DNA of 64,000 nucleotides. It comes from an uncultured bacterium (GTDB lineage: Bacteria > Hydrothermota > UBA3072). This document shows, one piece after another, positions 1-9,932 of the stretch (position 1 is its first letter; every line of letters starts with the position of its first letter). Location: positions 2,173 through 66,172 of the forward strand of contig CAYQMH010000004.1 in the NCBI GenBank assembly GCA_964418485.1, in the 5' to 3' direction. Made by a program: the position numbers and the translations under genes. Under the pieces are notes generated by a model, which was not told the DNA's origin, ran no database searches, and saw only the letters and a list, made by a program, of their open reading frames with translations.

Positions 1-4
1 TGAT

Positions 5-1069
5 ATGAAATCCTTACTCGAAGAGATGGTTAGTAGAGGTGCAACCGATCTTCATCTCACAACTGCCGCCCCTCCCATGTATCGAAAAGATGGAGCATTG
101 GAGAAATCTAATTATGCGCCGCTTTCTCCGACTGATTTAGAAACGTTGGTTTATTCGATATTAAATGATGAACAAAAGAAAAAATTTGAAATGAAAAAAG
201 AACTCGATTTAAGTTTTGGAGTTCCGGGTCTTTCCAGATTCAGAGCAAATGTTTTTTATCAAAGAGGTCAAGTTGCCTGTGCGGTGAGAACGATTCCGTT
301 TAAAATCAGAACTTTTCAACAGTTGGGATTGCCTCCTGTTATTGCCGATATGGCAAATAAACAGAAAGGTCTTATATTGGTTACTGGGCCAACAGGCTGT
401 GGTAAATCAACTACTCTTGCGGCTATAGTTGATAAAATAGATAGAGAGCGAAAAGTTCATATCGTTACCATTGAAGACCCAATAGAATACCTTTTTAGAC
501 ATCAAAGAGCCATTGTGAACCAGAGACAGGTGGGTTCGGATACGGATGGCTTCTCAATTGCGTTGAAATATATCCTCAGGCAGGATCCCGATGTAGTTAT
601 GATAGGAGAAATGAGAGATAGAGAGACTATGGAGGCTGCGCTAAATGTCGCTGAAACAGGACACCTTACAATTGCAACATTGCATACAAATTCAGCGGTT
701 GAATCTATTTCAAGAATAGTTGATACTTTCCCTCCCGAGAGACACGGCCAGGTTAGAGCTCAAATAGCGTTTGTCCTTATCGGTATCGTTACTCAAAGTT
801 TGATCCCAAAGAGAGCTGGTGGTAGAGCTTTAGCTGTTGAAGTTCTGTATGGAACGCCGGCTGTTAAGGCTTTAATAAGAGATAATAAAACGCATCAATT
901 ATACTCAAACATTCAAGCGGGACAGAAATTCGGTATGATTACCATGAATCAATCGCTTTACAAATTATACATGGAACACGAAATAAGTCTGGAGGATGCA
1001 ATATCTTACTCGCGCGAACCGTCAGAACTTGAAGAAATGATAGCTAAAAAACAAACAATTTTACATTAA
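5..1069 (+). CDS. pilT: Type IV pilus retraction ATPase PilT
   Basis: 354 aa; Walker A GPTGCGKST; N-terminus like PilT (DLHL..PP..R.DG); GSPII_E/PilT family pattern throughout. Confidence 0.85.
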   Translation: MKSLLEEMVSRGATDLHLTTAAPPMYRKDGALEKSNYAPLSPTDLETLVYSILNDEQKKKFEMKKELDLSFGVPGLSRFRANVFYQRGQVACAVRTIPFKIRTFQQLGLPPVIADMANKQKGLILVTGPTGCGKSTTLAAIVDKIDRERKVHIVTIEDPIEYLFRHQRAIVNQRQVGSDTDGFSIALKYILRQDPDVVMIGEMRDRETMEAALNVAETGHLTIATLHTNSAVESISRIVDTFPPERHGQVRAQIAFVLIGIVTQSLIPKRAGGRALAVEVLYGTPAVKALIRDNKTHQLYSNIQAGQKFGMITMNQSLYKLYMEHEISLEDAISYSREPSELEEMIAKKQTILH

Positions 1070-1081
1070 GGGGGGTAAAAG

Positions 1082-2287
1082 ATGCCTGATTATCTATGGA
1101 AAGGTAGAACGCCAAGTGGCTCTATAGAAAATGGAGAGATTACTGCGGAAAACCCTGCTGAAGTTCAGAGAATATTGAGAGAGAGAAAGATTGTTCCTAC
1201 TTCGATACGCTCTAAACCGAAGGAAATAACTCTTCCCTTTTTAAAAGGTAGGGTCTCAAACAGATCTATTACTGTTTTTACAAGGCAGTTTTCCGTTATG
1301 ATTAATGCTGGTTTGCCTTTAATAAAATGCCTTGATATTCAGGTCGCTCAGGTCGAATCGGAAAGATTTAAAGGTATACTTAAAGATTTAATCTCGGCAG
1401 TTGAAGGAGGTTCGACTTTAGCTGATTCTTTGAGAGAGCATAAAGAAATTTTTGGAGATTTATATGTGAATATGGTCGAGGCCGGAGAAAAAGGAGGGTC
1501 TCTTGCTACTATTCTTGCAAGGCTTGCCGATTATCTGGAGAAAGCAGATGCTATAAAAAGAAAAGTAAAAGGCGCGATGGTTTATCCCGCTGCTATTGTT
1601 ATAGTATCTGTAGTCGCTGTCGCTATTTTATTGACCTTTGTGATTCCAACATTTGCAACGTTGTTTAAAGATCTTGGAGGTCAATTACCTTTACCCACAA
1701 GAATAGTTATCGCTTTGAGTGATTTTTTAAGAAAGTATTTCCTTCTCATAGTGGCTGTGATAATAGGTTTAATTATTGCTGTCAGATATTATTACAAAAC
1801 TGAAGTTGGGCGTCTTCAGATTGATTCTCTTATGATAAAGGTTCCGATATTCGGTACTTTGATAAAGAAACAAGCGATTGCCAGATTTTCCAGGACTCTT
1901 TCAACTCTTCTTTCGTCAGGTGTCAATATACTCGACGCTCTTGAGATTACATCCGGAACTACCGGTAATAAATTGGTCGAGAATGCGGTTCTCAGATCTC
2001 GAACTTCAATAGCACAGGGAGAATCTATTGCGGATCCCTTAAGTAAAGAAAAAGCCTTATTCCCGCCAATGGTCGTGCAAATGATTACAATAGGAGAACA
2101 AACAGGGGGTTTGGACGAAATGCTTTCAAAAGTAGCAGATTTTTATGATGACGAAGTGGATCAGGCAGTTGCCAATCTCATGAATGCCCTTGAACCTCTT
2201 GTTATAGTGGTCCTTGGAGGTGTTATAGGCGGTATGGTTATGGCTATGTATCTTCCTATTTTCAAAATGGCGCAGCAGTTTATGTAG
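1082..2287 (+). CDS. pilC: Type IV pilus assembly inner-membrane platform protein PilC (GspF family)
   Basis: 401 aa; two T2SS-F repeats with TM segments; directly downstream of pilT. Confidence 0.8.
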   Translation: MPDYLWKGRTPSGSIENGEITAENPAEVQRILRERKIVPTSIRSKPKEITLPFLKGRVSNRSITVFTRQFSVMINAGLPLIKCLDIQVAQVESERFKGILKDLISAVEGGSTLADSLREHKEIFGDLYVNMVEAGEKGGSLATILARLADYLEKADAIKRKVKGAMVYPAAIVIVSVVAVAILLTFVIPTFATLFKDLGGQLPLPTRIVIALSDFLRKYFLLIVAVIIGLIIAVRYYYKTEVGRLQIDSLMIKVPIFGTLIKKQAIARFSRTLSTLLSSGVNILDALEITSGTTGNKLVENAVLRSRTSIAQGESIADPLSKEKALFPPMVVQMITIGEQTGGLDEMLSKVADFYDDEVDQAVANLMNALEPLVIVVLGGVIGGMVMAMYLPIFKMAQQFM

Positions 2288-2301
2288 TAGATAAGGTTTT
2301 C

Positions 2302-3804
2302 GTGAGCCGGACTAAGAGATATTGCCTTTATAGAGCTATTTTATTTTCTCTTATATTTTCCTTGATTTTTGTCTTCAGGGAAAGAGGGAAAAATTTTTAC
2401 CCTTTAGTCATTATTTTTTCTGTTTTTATCGTAGATGAAGTACTTGTTTTTTATATTTTACGAAAGGTGAGGTTGTATAATTTTTTATTAGATGTAACAT
2501 ATGTTTCTTTTTTTATTGTTTTTACAGGGTCTGCTTTAAGTCCGTTTGTTTCTTTTTATCTTCCTTTTATAGTCTTAAGTGCTTATCTGCTTTTCCCTGT
2601 GGATTCCTTTATTGTGAGTGGTTATTCGATATTGTCTTTTGGTAAGATATCGTTATTTTTTACGGAAAAGATTCCTGCCGGTTTGGTTCTTATAAATCTA
2701 CCTAAAGTTCCACCCCAGGATGTTGTTTTGATTGAATTTGTTGTACTTTCTTTTGCTTTTATTTTTACAGCTGCGGTTTCTTCTCTGGTTGTTGAAGTTT
2801 TAAGGGAGCAACTCCACATAGTTAGGGTTCACATTTCTGATATAGTAGAAGCAATTGATTACGGTATTGTCACAGTAGACGAAGTAGGTCGCATTTTATG
2901 GAGTAACTCTAAAGCTTCCGATTTCCTTGGAATTTCACTTTCGCCAGGGAAAGTACTTTTGGATATTATAGTTGGTACTTTTAAAGAGCCTATCGAGAGA
3001 ATATTAAGGGGAGAAGAAAAACAGTTGGAGTTCGAAGACGAAGATAAAGTATTTATGGTTAGAAATAGTGATTTGTTTGATGGCAAAGGAACTATTTTAA
3101 TGATTAACGATAGAACTGAGGAAAAAGAGATGGAAAAGAAAATGCAAATGAGAGATAAACTTGTAACTCTCGGTAATTTCGCTGCCAATCTTGCCCACGA
3201 AGTCAGAAATCCCGTTTCTTCAATTAGGGCTTCAGCCGAATTGATTGGTTTTTCCGGGGAAGGTAAGAAAGATAAAAATAAAAAGCTCAGGGAAGTTATA
3301 ATGAAGGAATCTGACAGATTGGATTATCTGGTTGAAAGTTTCCTGGATTTTACTAAGAGTTTTGATTTGACGAATAAAGATATTGAAGTTTACAAACTTA
3401 TTAATGAGGTGATAAGTGAGTTAAAAGAAAGTAAATATTTTAATAAAAATATTAAGTTAAGGAACGAAATGATAAGTGGTTTTACGGTAAAAGGGGACTA
3501 TAATCTTTTAAAAAGTGTTTTTTTGAATCTTGGTGTTAATTCTTTAAAAGCAATGTCAAATGATGGCGATGTCGTTTTTGGAGTGAAAGAAGAAAATAAT
3601 AAGAAAATGCTCTTTGTGAAGGATAATGGTTGTGGTATTAAAGATAAAGATTTAAATAAAATATTTACTCCTTTTTATACGCGTTTTAAAGAAGGTTTTG
3701 GTTTTGGGCTTCCGATAGTGAAAAAAATAGTAGAGTTGCATAACTGGAAAATTGAGTTTGATAGTGTTACCGGCGAGGGTACGGAGATAAGAATTATTAT
3801 ATGA
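2302..3804 (+). CDS. Sensor histidine kinase (PilS-like), multi-TM N-terminus + HisKA + HATPase_c
   Basis: 500 aa; hydrophobic N-terminal half; H-box 'LAHEVRNP'; G-box 'GFGFGLPIVK'; precedes NtrC-type regulator. Confidence 0.75.
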   Translation: MSRTKRYCLYRAILFSLIFSLIFVFRERGKNFYPLVIIFSVFIVDEVLVFYILRKVRLYNFLLDVTYVSFFIVFTGSALSPFVSFYLPFIVLSAYLLFPVDSFIVSGYSILSFGKISLFFTEKIPAGLVLINLPKVPPQDVVLIEFVVLSFAFIFTAAVSSLVVEVLREQLHIVRVHISDIVEAIDYGIVTVDEVGRILWSNSKASDFLGISLSPGKVLLDIIVGTFKEPIERILRGEEKQLEFEDEDKVFMVRNSDLFDGKGTILMINDRTEEKEMEKKMQMRDKLVTLGNFAANLAHEVRNPVSSIRASAELIGFSGEGKKDKNKKLREVIMKESDRLDYLVESFLDFTKSFDLTNKDIEVYKLINEVISELKESKYFNKNIKLRNEMISGFTVKGDYNLLKSVFLNLGVNSLKAMSNDGDVVFGVKEENNKKMLFVKDNGCGIKDKDLNKIFTPFYTRFKEGFGFGLPIVKKIVELHNWKIEFDSVTGEGTEIRIII

Positions 3805-5123
3805 ACGGAAAAATTTTGGTAATTGACGATGAAGTTAGCATTTTAGAAGTTGTTAAACTCGGATTAGAAGAGGTTGGCTTTAAGGTAGATGCTTTTTCGG
3901 ACCCCATTGAGGCTTTGAATAGATTTTCTGAAAGTAATTACGACGCTGTTTTAAGTGATATAAATATGCCTGAAATGTCGGGTCTTGAAGTCCTTCACAG
4001 GTGCAAGAAAATAAATCCTGAATCGGTAGTTATACTTATAACTGCGTATTCTTCGATAGATTCAGCTATAGAAGCAATAAGAGGAGGAGCTTTAGATTAT
4101 ATAAGAAAACCTTTTAGAATGGAAGAATTGATTTTGAGGTTAAATGAAGCATTGGATAGAGTAAGGATTAAAAAGAGCCTGAAAAATCTTCGCGAAGAAA
4201 AGCTTGAAGAATTCAGGATTATCGGCGGTAATGATAAAATGAAGCAAATAAGAGACAAAATAAAAAAAGTTGCCGGAGCGACTTCTCCTATTCTTATTTA
4301 CGGAGAAAGCGGTACGGGGAAAGAATTAGTTGCAAACTTAATTCATTATAATTCAAACAGACCTGGCAAAATCGTCCCCATTAACTGTTCTGCTTTCCCT
4401 TCCGAGTTATTGGAGTCTGAGCTTTTTGGATATAAGAAAGGAGCTTTTACCGGAGCAGATAGAGATAAGAAGGGGTTGTTTGTCGCTGCGGATAAAGGTA
4501 CTCTATTTCTGGATGAAATAAGTACCCTTCCGACGGAACTTCAACCGAAAATTCTCAGAGCAATTCAGGAAATGAGTTTCACGCCTCTGGGAAGTACTAA
4601 AGAAGTTGAAGTTGATGTAAGAATAGTAAGCGCTACAAATGAGGACATTGAAAAACTTGTTGAGGACGGGAGATTCAGGGAAGATTTGTACTACCGTTTA
4701 AACGTTATCCCTATTGAAATTCCTCCGCTCAGGGAAAGAAAGGAGGATATACTCCCCCTCGTTCAGCATTTTAATATTAAAATTTCAGAGAGGTTAAATG
4801 TAAAAGAGAAAACATTTACGGATGATGCTTACGAAAAACTTATGAGTTTTAAATGGACTGGTAATGTGAGAGAGTTAGAAAATCTTCTTGAGAGATTAAT
4901 AGTTTTGGAAGATTCACAAGTGATAGATGCCTCCCTGGTTCCGGAGGAGTTTAGCAGCAGGAGTAAGCCTGAAAAGTTGAATTTGGAAGAAATAGAGAGA
5001 AAAACCATAAAGAAAGCCTTAGAGATTTCAAAAAAAGATAAGAATAAAGCTGCCGATCTTTTAGGAATACATCCTTCTACTCTTTACAGAAAAATCAAAA
5101 AATTGAATATAGGGTTTCCTTAA
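3801..5123 (+). CDS. Sigma-54-dependent response regulator (NtrC/PilR family)
   Basis: REC domain (DDE..D), AAA+ sigma54-interaction domain 'GESGTGKE', 'GAFTGA' motif, C-terminal Fis-type HTH. Confidence 0.85.
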   Translation: MNGKILVIDDEVSILEVVKLGLEEVGFKVDAFSDPIEALNRFSESNYDAVLSDINMPEMSGLEVLHRCKKINPESVVILITAYSSIDSAIEAIRGGALDYIRKPFRMEELILRLNEALDRVRIKKSLKNLREEKLEEFRIIGGNDKMKQIRDKIKKVAGATSPILIYGESGTGKELVANLIHYNSNRPGKIVPINCSAFPSELLESELFGYKKGAFTGADRDKKGLFVAADKGTLFLDEISTLPTELQPKILRAIQEMSFTPLGSTKEVEVDVRIVSATNEDIEKLVEDGRFREDLYYRLNVIPIEIPPLRERKEDILPLVQHFNIKISERLNVKEKTFTDDAYEKLMSFKWTGNVRELENLLERLIVLEDSQVIDASLVPEEFSSRSKPEKLNLEEIERKTIKKALEISKKDKNKAADLLGIHPSTLYRKIKKLNIGFP

Positions 5124-5143
5124 GAAAAATTTGGTCGGGTTAG

Positions 5144-6277
5144 ATGTTTTTATTTTATTTGTTTACTATCGGTATTAACGTAGATTTTCAGATTGATAGA
5201 GATACAAACTCTATTCCTTATGTTATCGTAAACTACGGTGTGCCTTACTCTGATTTAATATTCAAAAAGATTGATACTATTTACACTGGAGAGATAATGG
5301 CTTCATTGGTTTTGAAAAAAGATAATTATCAATTAGGAGGGAAAAGCAGTAAAAGTAAAATTTCAGTGTCCGAATACCGGAAAACGGTTTCCGATCATTT
5401 TTATCACAAAGGTTCAATGAGAATGAAAATCCCCGAAGAAAAAATAGAGGTTGTTTTGAGAGTTTCTGATCGTAATTCAAATAGAGTATGGAGCAGGTCT
5501 AAGAAATTAGAAGTCTCAAAGTTAAAATCGACGGACATAGGATCTATAAGATGGCTTTCCGATCCTTCAAGAGAGGTTGTTACTAATAAAGATACGATCA
5601 GAATTAGGCTGAATCTTTTCAGCTTTGAGGTGGGTGAAACGCGCTTGCAGTTTTATTTTGCCGGTGAGGGGAGTGAAGTTTATTTTAAAAGGGATACAGT
5701 TCTACCCGATAAGAAGAATCAAAATGTGGAAGTTAGTATACCTGCGGATAGATTCAAGGAAGGCTCTTATGAATTTATTGCAAAAGTGAATAACATCAAT
5801 AAAGAAGAAACTGTTAAGAAATCTATTTCTTTTAGAGTTTGGAAACCTTTTTTTGAGTCGAAGAGATATATTGAAAGGGTCAGGCAGGTTGCTTATATTT
5901 CATCTGGAGGGGAGGAGAAAAAGTTACTTAATGCAAGAGTTGAAGAACGGGAAAAAGTCTGGAATGAATTCTGGGAGAGTAAGGATCCGACACCCGAAGA
6001 CGGAGTAAATGAGTTTATGATAGAATATTTTGAGAGAGTAGATTACGCAAATAAAAATTTCACTCAGGGTTCTCTTGTTGAGGGATGGAGAACAGATAGA
6101 GGTAAAGTTTACATAATTTTAGGCCCGCCTGATTATGTTGTAGATGAGCCTTTTAATCCCAGCGGAAATGCCTATCAGATATGGTATTACTATGAGAGGG
6201 GATACGATTTGATTTTCGTTCAGAGATATATTACTGGAGATTATTACTTGCAAAATCCACCACCTGAGGTCTGGTAA
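5144..6277 (+). CDS. GWxTD-domain protein
   Basis: C-terminal 'GWRTDRGKVYIILGPPDY' = GWxTDRG signature (TIGR04514-like). Confidence 0.6.
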   Translation: MFLFYLFTIGINVDFQIDRDTNSIPYVIVNYGVPYSDLIFKKIDTIYTGEIMASLVLKKDNYQLGGKSSKSKISVSEYRKTVSDHFYHKGSMRMKIPEEKIEVVLRVSDRNSNRVWSRSKKLEVSKLKSTDIGSIRWLSDPSREVVTNKDTIRIRLNLFSFEVGETRLQFYFAGEGSEVYFKRDTVLPDKKNQNVEVSIPADRFKEGSYEFIAKVNNINKEETVKKSISFRVWKPFFESKRYIERVRQVAYISSGGEEKKLLNARVEEREKVWNEFWESKDPTPEDGVNEFMIEYFERVDYANKNFTQGSLVEGWRTDRGKVYIILGPPDYVVDEPFNPSGNAYQIWYYYERGYDLIFVQRYITGDYYLQNPPPEVW

Positions 6278-6289
6278 TTCGTAGTACTT

Positions 6290-6460
6290 CCAGTTAACTT
6301 TTTGTTCTTTACAAACATGTTAGCCACCAAGGCACGAAGATACAAAGAAAAAAATAATTGTTTAAGTTGTTGTTCTATTGTAGATTAAGTTTTAAAGAAG
6401 TATTGAAATTGGGTATGGTGGGGGGCTTCGTGACTTAGTGTCTTTGTGGCAATTAAATAA
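6290..6460. repeat. Intergenic repeat with CTAAGGCACGAAG / CACAAAG / GGTGGGGGG modules
   Basis: gccaccaaggcacgaagatacaaag..gggtatggtggggggcttcgtgacttagtgtctttgtggc. Confidence 0.75.
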
Positions 6461-6530
6461 TAGTTTTTTCCTGCCTATTCTCTTTAAAGAGGAATATTGA
6501 CAATGAGCGGGGAATAATTACTTTACCATT

Positions 6531-7244
6531 ATGAAAATAGACGATGAAGTTTTAAAGAAGATAAAAAGCGCAAAGACTGCTTTTGCTTTAACTGGCGCAG
6601 GAAGTTCGGAGCCTTCAGGAATACCAACCTTTAGAGGTGATAATGGGTTCTGGAAGGATACAACACCTTTCACTGTTGAAGCTTTCTATAAAGATCCCCA
6701 GAAGGTTTGGGAATGGCATCTTGAGGTTAAAAAAATGATAAGCGAAAAAATGCCCAACCCTTCTCACTTTACCCTGGCTAAAATGCAGAGTATTTTTAAA
6801 AATTTTGCAGTTGTGACGCAAAATATCGATAATTTGCATCAAAAAGCCGGTTCTAATAAAGTTATAGAACTCCATGGAAATATTTACAGGAATAAATGTA
6901 ATAATTGCGGGAAAATTTTCGGTGAAATAAATTCACAAAAAATACCTGAATGCGATGAATGTGGTGGACTTATTCGTCCCGATATAGTTTGGTTTGGGGA
7001 ACCACTTCCTTATAAGTCGCTCGTTAAAGCGAGGGCATATGCGGAGAGCAGTGAAGTCTGCTTTGTTGTCGGGACTTCCGGAGTAGTTCAACCCGCCGCA
7101 TCGCTTCCATTGATTTCCAAAGAAAATGGAGCGTTGGTAATCGAAATAAACAGGGAAAAAACTGTTCTTAGTGAATATCTCGATTATTCTATTTTTGGTG
7201 ACGCGTCAGTTATTCTCCCGGAACTTTACGAGAGGTTAGTGTAA
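6531..7244 (+). CDS. cobB: NAD-dependent protein deacylase (Sir2/CobB family)
   Basis: 'GAGSSEPSGIPTFRG', 'HGN', Zn ribbon CNNCGK..CDECGG. Confidence 0.85.
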   Translation: MKIDDEVLKKIKSAKTAFALTGAGSSEPSGIPTFRGDNGFWKDTTPFTVEAFYKDPQKVWEWHLEVKKMISEKMPNPSHFTLAKMQSIFKNFAVVTQNIDNLHQKAGSNKVIELHGNIYRNKCNNCGKIFGEINSQKIPECDECGGLIRPDIVWFGEPLPYKSLVKARAYAESSEVCFVVGTSGVVQPAASLPLISKENGALVIEINREKTVLSEYLDYSIFGDASVILPELYERLV

Positions 7245-8324
7245 ATGTCGGAAGAGTTTTCATTATTTTTGAGAAGAGCCGAGGAATGTAGAGATAAATA
7301 TAAGAAAGTTATTAAATCCTTACAGGACCCTGAAGTTATTAAGGATAGAAAGAAAGTAATAGAGCTTTCTCAAGAAAAAAAATCTTTAGAGAGTATAATA
7401 TTACCTTTTGATAAATTTAATGAAGTTTTGGCTAAGATAAGGGAGGATGAGCAGATTTTGTCTGAAACCGAAGATGAAGAAATGATTAATCTGGCGGAAG
7501 AAGAGATTCGTGAGTTAAAAAAGAAAAAAGAGCTGCTATCAAATGAAATAATAGATGCTTTAACGACTGAAGACTCAGAAGATAAAAAGAATGCAGTGCT
7601 GGAGATAAGAGCTGGAACAGGTGGAGAAGAAGCTGCTTTATTTGCCGTTGATCTTTTAAGAATGTATGCTAGATACGCAGAAGACCAGGGATGGAAATTC
7701 GAAATAGTTGACTTCAGTAAGAGTGGAATGAATGGTTATAGGGAAGTTATAGGGCTCGTTTCTGGCGGCGGTGTCTATGGAAAAATGAAGTTTGAAAGTG
7801 GTATTCATAGGGTTCAGAGAGTGCCGGTTACCGAATCGGGAGGGAGGATTCATACTTCCGCTGTTTCTGTTGCGGTACTTCCTGAGAGAGAAGAAGTGGA
7901 AATTGAAATTAATCCTGAAGATTTGAAGATGGATTTTTACTCATCTTCCGCACCGGGCGGTCAACATGTCAATAAATCTGCCTCGGCTGTCAGAATTGAA
8001 CACAGACCTTCCGGGATTATCGTTTCCTGCCAGGATGAACGTTCTCAACATCAAAATAGAGAAAAGGCTATGAGACTCTTAAGGGCAAAGCTTTTTGAGT
8101 ATGAACAGGAAAAAGCTGATAATGAAATGAAATCTAAAAGAAAGAAAATGGTAGGATCGGGAGATAGAAGTGAAAAGATAAGAACTTACAATTTTCCGCA
8201 AAATAGGATTACGGATCATAGAATAAATTATACCAAGTACAACCTGGACTCATTTCTTGATGGTGACATAGATGATTTAATAAAAAGTTTACGAGCAGTC
8301 CAGAGAGAAAAGAATGAGGAGTAA
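7245..8324 (+). CDS. prfA: Peptide chain release factor 1
   Basis: GGQ motif 'APGGQHVNK'; PxT-type tripeptide 'PVT' of RF1. Confidence 0.9.
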   Translation: MSEEFSLFLRRAEECRDKYKKVIKSLQDPEVIKDRKKVIELSQEKKSLESIILPFDKFNEVLAKIREDEQILSETEDEEMINLAEEEIRELKKKKELLSNEIIDALTTEDSEDKKNAVLEIRAGTGGEEAALFAVDLLRMYARYAEDQGWKFEIVDFSKSGMNGYREVIGLVSGGGVYGKMKFESGIHRVQRVPVTESGGRIHTSAVSVAVLPEREEVEIEINPEDLKMDFYSSSAPGGQHVNKSASAVRIEHRPSGIIVSCQDERSQHQNREKAMRLLRAKLFEYEQEKADNEMKSKRKKMVGSGDRSEKIRTYNFPQNRITDHRINYTKYNLDSFLDGDIDDLIKSLRAVQREKNEE

Positions 8325-9147
8325 ATTAATAGAAGTTCTGGACTTTGGAAAAAGGGAATTGGCCGAATACAGCTCGGACCCTGAGTCTGAAAGTTTTATC
8401 TTTTTAGAGGAGGCTACGGGTAAAAGCAGAGGCGAAATACTTGTTGATGAGTCGGATATTGAGAAAGAGGACTTTTTTAAATTCAGGGGTTATTTAGCCC
8501 GTAGGATAACCGGAGAGCCCTGGCAATATATAATAGGTAAAACTAATTTTCTTGGCTTTGATATTTTTTGTGAGGAAGGTGTGTTTATTCCTCGACCGGA
8601 GACAGAATGGATGACTGCTCAGGCTATTAAGAAATTAAAAGATTTTGATAGACCTTTAATTCTTGAAATAGGTTCGGGAAGCGGCGCTATTTCAATAGCA
8701 ATTGCTTCTAATATTAGCGAAGCAAAAATAGTTGCAACCGATGTTTCAAAAAAGGCATTGGAGTTGTGCAAGAAAAATGTTGATTATCATAATCTTGGTA
8801 GTACGATTGATGTTGTGTGTTCCGATTTGTTAGGATGTTTTAGTAATGCAGAAAATTTTGATATAGTTATTTCTAATCCCCCTTATATACCGAAAAGCAG
8901 TTTAGATGAAGTTGACGAAACCGTCAAAAGAGAGCCCTACTTAGCTTTAAATGGTGGAAATGGAGGAAGCGAAATTATAAATGAGATCTTGGAAAGTTCT
9001 AAAGATAAATTGAAAAACGGAGGTTTGATTTTTATTGAGGTTGACGGTTTAAATATTCCATATATTGAGGTTCCTAAGGTTTTTAATTATACAATAGAGA
9101 AAGATCAATTTGGTAGGGATAGAATTTTGTTCGGCGTTAAAATATGA
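8314..9147 (+). CDS. prmC: Release factor glutamine N5-methyltransferase PrmC (HemK)
   Basis: SAM-binding 'LEIGSGSGAI'; catalytic 'NPPY'; translationally coupled to prfA. Confidence 0.85.
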   Translation: MRSKLIEVLDFGKRELAEYSSDPESESFIFLEEATGKSRGEILVDESDIEKEDFFKFRGYLARRITGEPWQYIIGKTNFLGFDIFCEEGVFIPRPETEWMTAQAIKKLKDFDRPLILEIGSGSGAISIAIASNISEAKIVATDVSKKALELCKKNVDYHNLGSTIDVVCSDLLGCFSNAENFDIVISNPPYIPKSSLDEVDETVKREPYLALNGGNGGSEIINEILESSKDKLKNGGLIFIEVDGLNIPYIEVPKVFNYTIEKDQFGRDRILFGVKI

Positions 9148-9932
9148 AAATAGGTGTTTTTTATACTCCCGGTAAAGAATATATAGAACTTGTTTTGAAG
9201 AGTGTGGAAAAAGCAGCTGCTGATAACGATATATCACTTGTTTTTTACGATGGAGAAAAAGAAAAGATAAAAGAATGCGATTTTGTTATTGCGGTGGGAG
9301 GGGATGGTACTTTTCTAATGGCGAGTTCAATTATATACGATTTTAACATACCGCTATTAGGTATAAATCTTGGGGGGCTTGGGTTTCTTACCGATATTAG
9401 AAAAGAGGAAATTAACAAAATCTTCACAGAACTAAAAGATGGAAATTACAGGATCCAGGAAAGATTTTTTCTGAAAGCGAACTTCAGGGATAAGGAAAAT
9501 GTGGCTTTGAACGATGTTGTTTTTTCCTCGACCGACATACGAGTCATTGATCTGGATATATATATAAATGATAATTTTGTAACGCAACTTTCCGGAGATG
9601 GTTTAATCGTTGCTACACCTACAGGTTCGACTGCTTATTCTCTGTCTTCAGGAGGCCCTATTTTAGAACCGGATGCCAAAGTTTTTGTTATAACACCTAT
9701 ATCACCTCATGCTTTAACTTTCAGACCTCTAGTTGTGAATCAGGAATCGCGGATACTTATAAAAACTAAAGAAAAGTGCCAGTTAATTTTCGATGGTCAG
9801 AGGTTACTCACTCTTGATTCAGGAGAAGAAGTTTCTGTTGTAAAGAATCCAAATCCGTTAAAAGTAATAAAATTTAAAGATTGGGATTATTTTGATATTC
9901 TTAGAAAAAAATTAAATTGGGGTAATGGATGA
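9144..9932 (+). CDS. nadK: NAD kinase
   Basis: 'GGDGT' motif, 'ATPTGSTAYSLSSGGPI' NADK signature. Confidence 0.85.
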   Translation: MKIGVFYTPGKEYIELVLKSVEKAAADNDISLVFYDGEKEKIKECDFVIAVGGDGTFLMASSIIYDFNIPLLGINLGGLGFLTDIRKEEINKIFTELKDGNYRIQERFFLKANFRDKENVALNDVVFSSTDIRVIDLDIYINDNFVTQLSGDGLIVATPTGSTAYSLSSGGPILEPDAKVFVITPISPHALTFRPLVVNQESRILIKTKEKCQLIFDGQRLLTLDSGEEVSVVKNPNPLKVIKFKDWDYFDILRKKLNWGNG

